64,000 nucleotides of DNA from Octopus vulgaris (Eukaryota): contig OX597833.1 in NCBI GenBank assembly GCA_951406725.2, positions 2,294,001 to 2,358,000 of the forward strand, in the 5' to 3' direction. Below, in pieces: positions 56,630 through 64,000 of this stretch. The notes under the pieces are model-generated. The model was not told where the DNA came from. It saw nothing but the letters and a program-made list of their open reading frames with translations, and ran no database searches. The stretch's first letter is position 1, and the number at the start of each line of letters is the position of its first letter. A program made the position numbers and the translations under genes.

Positions 56630-57320
56630 CATACATACATATATATATGTATGTATGTATGTATGTCTATGTGTGTATGTATAGACAACACATTTCATAC
56701 CATACAATCATACAAAAGTTCATAATTACATATACACAAATGTAATCTTGTACATACTCACAAGTGTATGAACACAGACGTACATATTTACATGCATACA
56801 TACATTCATACATACATACATACATTCATACATACATTCATACATACATACATACATACATACATACATGCATACATACATACATACATACATACATACA
56901 TACATACATACATACATACATACATACATACATACACACACACATACATACATACATACATACATACATACATACATACATACATACATACATACATACA
57001 TACATACATACATACATCAAGCATAGATTTTTCTCGTTATCTCTCCCTAAGGAGTCATAATAACACGCTAAAACGCACTGATGTATACAAACAAAACCCA
57101 GCATTTAACAAATCATTGTGTGATTAGCATAGAATATACCCCAAGGATAGAAGAAAACATCCACTATGCATATATCAGTACAACCCCTTCGTGATTGGTA
57201 GCCATGGTCTATGTGTCGAAGCTATTGACTTGCAGGTCCACCAGGGTTAATTAATCACGTATAATATATACATACACAGATATGTATGGATGTATATATG
57301 TATGAATGTATATTGGTATG

Positions 57321-57360
<40 letters not shown>

Positions 57361-58100
57361 CACATACATATATATATTTATATATATATATATACATATA
57401 CATTTATATATATACATATATATGCATATATATATATATATATATATTTATAAATGTATATATACACGCATACTTTCACACACATATACATAAACACCCA
57501 TATGTATGTACGTGTATATTATTAAAGTTTTGATTTCTAGTATCAATGACATGTCGGAAAGTATTTGCATTTCTGTATTTTTTTATAATTATTTATTATT
57601 ATTATTATTGTTATTATCATTATTATTATTATTATCTTTATCATTTTTATATTCTTGCAATGGCGTCGGTCATTGAACTGAAGGCTTGTTCGTTGTTATG
57701 TGTTCGTCGATGGAGTTGCTGTCGACGGCTGCTTGGTGGTAACTGTTTGTTTTGCCGATCTTTAATGTGGGGAAAAAAAACAAACCAACAGCGTGTAACG
57801 GAAGTCAGCTGAGACGGATCTCATAAAAACTGCGTAGGCACCTTCTTTTTTATTACCGAACGCCAGAACACACATACATGGCAAAGCATTTGAATGTATA
57901 CATACATACATACATACATACCTACCTACCTACATACATACATACATACATACATACATACATACATACATACATACATACATACATACATACATACATA
58001 CATACATACATACATACATACATACATACATACATACATACATACATACATACATACATACATACATACATACATACATACATACATACATAAATACATA

Positions 58101-58448
58101 CAAAGAAAAAGAGGACGTCTGTGGACAACTGTTTCGAAACCTCCAGCCTCTATATCCAGACTATGAATTCATATTCATACCAATAATAATTGGAGCCCTA
58201 GGCTTTGTTAGTAAATGCTTAAAGGAGAATTTAGATAAACTGGGATTTTCAGAAAGAGAAATCGACCGTCTAATTCGTACGTTACAAGTGAAGTGCAATC
58301 TGTAGGTGGAACAGTAAAAATATGTAAGACTTTTTTCAAGTTCAAAATGTGAATTTGTCTGATGGAACCTTGTATCTTTGTTGGAAACCAGCTCCCTCCT
58401 CGGTGGAGGATGTACAATAATTAAAATGTAGAAGAGACATACATACAT
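58101..58448 (+). mobile_element. 5'-truncated RLE LINE with intact 3' UTR, inserted in (CATA)n
   Basis: Reads KEKEDVCGQLFRNLQPLYPDYEF/FIPIIIGALGFVSKCLKENLDKLGFSEREIDRLIRTLQV/QSVGGTVKICKTFFKFKM*. Preceded by ~200 bp of (CATA)n and terminates in GAGACATACATACATA. Confidence 0.82.
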
Positions 58449-58602
58449 AGGAATATTGGTGGAACACGGCAATAGATACATCAATTCAGTACAAACAAAA
58501 CATACCTGATATTGTTTTGTGGGACGAAGCACGAAAGTCATGAACTGTTGCAGAGGTCAGCTGACCTCTGCGACATTAATAGACTGGATTGTCCATATAC
58601 AT

Positions 58603-58669
<67 letters not shown>

Positions 58670-58747
58670 TTTGTGCATTTAAGTATTTATTATTTTAGCT
58701 GAAAATAACGCGTCGGATGATAACGCAGAGGAATCGAATTTGGTCAA

Positions 58748-58801
<54 letters not shown>

Positions 58802-58915
58802 GATTATTATTATGATTATTATTATTATTATGATTATTATGATTATTATTATGATTATTATTATTATTATGATTATTATTATGATTATTATTATTATCAT
58901 TATCATTATTATTAC

Positions 58916-58957
<42 letters not shown>

Positions 58958-58972
58958 TATCATTATTATTAC

Positions 58973-59026
<54 letters not shown>

Positions 59027-59335
59027 CATCATCATCATCATCATTATTATCATCATCATCATCATCATTATTATCATCATCATCATCATCAACATTATTA
59101 TTATTATTATTATTATCATCATCATCATCATCATTATTATCATCATCATCATCATCATTATTATCATCATCATCATCATCATCATCAACATTATTATTAT
59201 TATTATTATCATCATCATCATCATCATTATTATCATCATCATCATCATCATTATTATCATCATCATCATCATCATCATCATCAACATTATTATTATTATT
59301 ATTATTATTATCGTTGTTGTTGTTGTTGTTGTTAT
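58748..59335. repeat. (ATT)n/(ATC)n array with an ~80-90 bp higher-order unit repeated three times
   Basis: Blocks of (ATT)n(ATC)n ending in ATCAAC recur at ~59090, ~59187 and ~59283. Confidence 0.9.
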
Positions 59336-59600
59336 TTCCTTCGTGCATGCTTATTTATTTAGCAGGTATTTCATCTTAAGGTTTTGGCGACAGCTAGTCT
59401 CATCGAATCTCAAGAATCTTCTTTTGGATTCTTGCAGAATGTAGCATGATATTTTTCTGCAAGGTCAGCAATGCAAGTTTCAATTTCAATCTTTTCCAAT
59501 CGCTTCTGTAGAATTCTGGGTGTTGTGCCAAGTGCTCCACATATTACAGCAATAATTGGTTGTCTTGTATTCCACAGAATTCTTCACTCTGTGGCTGATC
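59336..59600 (-). mobile_element. 3' fragment of an RLE (R4/Dong-like) LINE (family 4) ending at a (CAA)/(TAA) tract
   Basis: Reads ILWNTRQPIIAVICGALGTTPRILQKRLEKIEIETCIADL/QKNIMLHSARIQKKILEIR*. Confidence 0.75.
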
Positions 59601-59616
59601 CTGCTCTTTATTCGAT

Positions 59617-59828
59617 TCTTTGCTTTTTACTGGTTTCAGTCATTTTGACTGCGGCCATGCTCGAGCACCGCCTTTAGTCGAACAAATCGACTACCAGGGC
59701 TTATTCTTTGCAAGTATAATACTTATTCTGTCGGTCTCTTTTTTGCCGTACCGCTAAGTTACGGGGACGTAAATAGAACAAAATCGGTTGTCAAGCAATG
59801 GAGGTGGGACAGACAAACACACACATGT

Positions 59829-59885
<57 letters not shown>

Positions 59886-60036
59886 ACGGGCTTCTTTCAG
59901 TTTCCGTCTACCAAATCCATTGGTCGGTCCGAGTATATAGCAGAAGGCACTTGCCCAAGGTGCCACGCAGTGGGACTGAACCCGAAACGATGTGGCTGGG
60001 AAGCAAGCGTCTTACCACACAGCCACTCCTGTGCCT
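59617..60036 (-). mobile_element. SINE family B
   Basis: Reverse complement of family B. Confidence 0.86.
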
Positions 60037-60234
60037 ATTTCTCTTTTTTTTATTTCAGTGATGTTGGCTCTGCTCCCATATAAAAGTGCATAATTTATAA
60101 TCTTGCACAGTTTATATCATCCGCCCGAATCATATCTAGTCTTCTCGCCCCTATATTATGCTAAGTCCTCATAGCGGAGTCATACAAGATCTTGTAAGTC
60201 TCATCTCTCATCTCTCTTTTATCACAGCCTCTGA

Positions 60235-60408
60235 TATTTACGTTATTTTCGCTTTGTTTTATGACCAGTTCCAAGACCCACCCGAAGACCACAAATAACA
60301 GTAAGCTGGACGTTTTACTAAGGCTACTATCGGTGATTAGCAATGAACCTCATTCGCAGAAAGGAACCCAGAATCTGAAAACCCAGATTCCGTTAAACGA
60401 GTAAAGAG

Positions 60409-60464
<56 letters not shown>

Positions 60465-61000
60465 AGTGACATTAGGGGTAATTGTTGATAACAATCTAAG
60501 CTGGAGTTCCCACGTAAACAGCAAGGTTGACACGGCCTGCAAGAGATTCTGAGAACTTTCTGGTCTAGAGATGCCCACACCATCATCTTCAACTACTCTA
60601 CATTTGCCCGTCCCTACCTTGAATACTGTTGTCCACTGTGGTCTCTCCATACGAAGCAACTCATTATGAAAGTGGAAGCACTCCAGAGGTCAATAACAAG
60701 AAAGATAGACGGCATGAGAGGCATTAATTATTGGGGTACACTAAAAAAAAACTCAATCTGAAAACCCAGATTCCGTTAAATTCGTAATATTTCTGTTTTG
60801 AACGAATTTCGAGGGAATCAACAATCCTGAAGTTGACCATGTTTTACTTAGCATTCGGAGAGCAGTCATGAATGCAGCACTTTGCATTTCTGATATTATG
60901 GGCTTTCCCGGGATTTTGTCATTAGGTTGAAGATCGCCACCTGTTGTTATCCCCCAAAGCTCCAATGTCCACAAGTTGTTGTCCTTGGATGCTCTGTTGG
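60235..61000 (-). mobile_element. Old Dong-like family-2-related 3' fragment interrupted by an insertion at 60398-60754
   Basis: Reads IGALG/..KIPGKPIISEMQSAAFMTALRMLSK. The 3' UTR TTGTGGTCTTCGGGTGGGTCTTGGAAC..AAAGCGAAAA resembles family 2 TTGAGGTCTCTGGGTGAGACTTGGAGC..AAAGCAAAA. Confidence 0.55.
60462..60759 (+). mobile_element. Internal CR1/L2-type LINE RT C-terminal fragment
   Basis: Reads LGVIVDNNLSWSSHVNSKV..ILRTFWSRD..FARPYLEYCCPLWS.HTKQLIMKVEALQRSITRKIDGMRGINYWGTLKK, matching the CR1-group motifs LGV.VD..L.W..H and RP.LEY....WS. Confidence 0.85.
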
Positions 61001-61569
61001 AATGATCTCAATGTTCATTGTGTTGGGCACAAAATCGACAATATACCGTTAACAGACCAGAATCCACTACTTTTCAATCACCTACCTCTCTGAGGCCCTA
61101 TCCATTTAACAATCGTTTCTTTTCATCTCTTCTCCCCCTACAAACATCACCAATTTACATTACAAGAGCCAATCTCAGAGGCTGACAATGGTAACGAACT
61201 CTCGAGAATTTTGGCTTATGTTGTGTGTGTATGTGTGTATGTGTGTATGTGTAAGTGCCTGTGAGCTAGCGTTTTCGTATGCGTACGCATTCATGCGTGT
61301 GTGTCAGGAAATTACCGTTCTAACCCGTAGATAATTTCGAAGTGTGATCGTGATTGCAAGTGTGCGTGGGAGGGGCGGCTATGTGAGGTTGCGTGCAATG
61401 AAATAGATTGCGGGAGTGGGTGGGGTGGCGTGGCGGTGTTTAGGAAAATATTGGCAGGAAAAAAGAAGCTCATTTATTGGCAAATGCCAATCATGGCATG
61501 AGGTGTGATTTCAAGAGATCGATAAAAATTCACACGGAAATAAAAAGGAGACCAAGAAATATATAATAG

Positions 61570-62580
<1,011 letters not shown>

Positions 62581-63125
62581 AAAATGCCCCGATGCAGTAC
62601 CAGGCAGTGGCTCTCATGGCTTCTGATCTTAACTGATTGGAAGTGTTATCATGTACATTGTTTTGTCTTGGTATAAAAGATGAGCTACAGCAAATATTCT
62701 GCTCAATACCACAGATTTGCTTGTCAGTTGTTTGACCTTAACCAGTTGAACATGTCCCTTGGTGGCTGACGATATGTGCATCTCTAATCATGAGCAGAAG
62801 TAGTGGGGGAGCATCATAGCCATGTGTTGAGAGGGATTCTTTGGGGTTTGAATAATTCACCTTTGGAAACATGGGTGGTTCTTTCAACATCCTTAAACAA
62901 CCCTTATTCAGGGACCGTTTGAGCGGGATGGGCTACTCAACCAGAAGAAAATTCTAACTGGGCCCCACCTGCAAGATCATGTGCTGTTTATCTTGATATG
63001 AGATCTGTCGCGCACATATGGTTGTGATGCATGTGCCTGGTGTACCTTTATCAGACGGGTAGTCATGATGGGTATATTGGGCTTCGTATATTTTACACCA
63101 GTGTCACTTTGATGGCATGAACTGG
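62581..63125. mobile_element. Unclassified ~545 bp non-coding, complex-sequence element embedded in (TAA)n
   Basis: Sharp boundaries against pure TAA tracts on both sides, with no long ORF and no tRNA head. Sits beside a Dong-like copy. Confidence 0.55.
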
Positions 63126-63163
63126 ATAATAATAATAATATTAATAATAATAATAATAATAAT

Positions 63164-63230
<67 letters not shown>

Positions 63231-63231
<1 letters not shown>

Positions 63232-63683
63232 GTGGTATGGCACACACCAGAAAAGGTCACAGAAAACGAGAAAGCAACCATACTCTGGGATATGCCGATA
63301 CACACAGATAGAGAAATTAAGGCCAACAGACCAGATATAGTTGTCAGAGATCATGAAGAAAAAAATGCTTTTTAATTGATGAAATCAATACCGTGTCTCT
63401 AAAAGAAATGGAGAAACTCTCAAAATACAAAGACCTGGAAATAGAGGTAACTAGAATGTGGAATCTGAAAACAGAAACAATTCCTATCATAGTAGGAATG
63501 ATTTAGGCATGATAAAAAAATATTCCAAATACATAACAAAAACACCAGGACTGAAAATTGCACACTAGGCACTGCCCACATCCTTCGCAGAACACTTTCC
63601 ATACAATAACCATCAGAGCATCACAACAAATCACAGCACATCTCTGCGCTCGGTACTGAAAGCACGCTATAATAATAAAGCTA
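63231..63683 (+). mobile_element. 5'-truncated Dong-like family 1 copy in (TAA)n
   Basis: Near-identical to the reverse complement of 1163-1680 (WY.HTPEKVTENEKATILWDMPIHTDREIKANRPDIVVRDHEEK) with small deletions. TAA flanks. Confidence 0.92.
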
Positions 63684-63763
63684 AATAATAATAATAATAA
63701 TAATAATAACAGCAACAACAATAATGATGATGATGATGATGATGATGAAGATGATAATAATAA

Positions 63764-64000
63764 TCTTTTCTACTATAGGTACAAAGCTTAAAATTTATTG
63801 GCGGGGAAGTAGATCACATTGACCCCACTGCGCAACTGGTACTTGATTTACCGTCCTTTAAATTATGATAGCAAAGTCGACCTCGGCAGAATTTGAATAA
63901 TAATAATTGTTTTTACTGTTAATTAGTTAATTGTTTTCTAATTTGTATGCAAGACGCGCAATTTTAGGATGGAGTAATCGATTAAATCGATCCCATATGT
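63764..64000 (-). mobile_element. Nin-domain SINE (family A) fragments
   Basis: TCTTTTCTACTATAGG..GACCCCA.TGCGCAACTGGTACTT..GCAAAGTCGACCTCGGC. Confidence 0.75.

Noticed and set aside
61476-61491. TTGGCAAATGCCAA NFI-like palindrome, plus scattered YY1-like (AAnATGGCG) and NRF1-like (GCGCATGCGC) motifs
   Set aside because: The NFI spacing is 4 rather than 5, and isolated short motifs without a promoter context are not supportable.

Overview
AT-rich, repeat-saturated eukaryotic genomic DNA (intergenic or a giant intron). The SINE architecture, extreme microsatellite load and a highly divergent 18S-like fragment are most consistent with an octopus/cephalopod genome (inference). No confidently intact protein-coding gene is visible, and almost all of the ORF track is an artefact of (TA)n, (TG)n, (TATG)n, (TAGA)n, (TAA)n, (GAA)n and (GGT)n arrays. 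The window contains: dozens of tRNA-derived SINE copies (a Nin/Deu-domain family, a CORE-like family, and a family with interchangeable heads); 3' fragments of about five families of restriction-like-endonuclease (RLE) non-LTR retrotransposons, some in (TAA)n tracts (Dong/R4-like) and one group in (TACA)n tracts; RTE and CR1/L2 RT fragments; a decayed mariner; a clean non-autonomous Helitron; an 18S rRNA fragment; and several Penelope-like remnants carrying hammerhead ribozyme motifs. Best leads: (1) an apparently intact type I hammerhead ribozyme with a predicted loop II pseudoknot at ~25.3 kb; (2) an RLE retrotransposon group that appears to target (TACA)n and may feed the kilobase (TATG)n arrays; (3) a frameshifted Gly/Phe-rich, possibly GPI-tailed ORF next to a His/Asp-reading minisatellite. 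All calls come from manual reading, and repeat boundaries are approximate.
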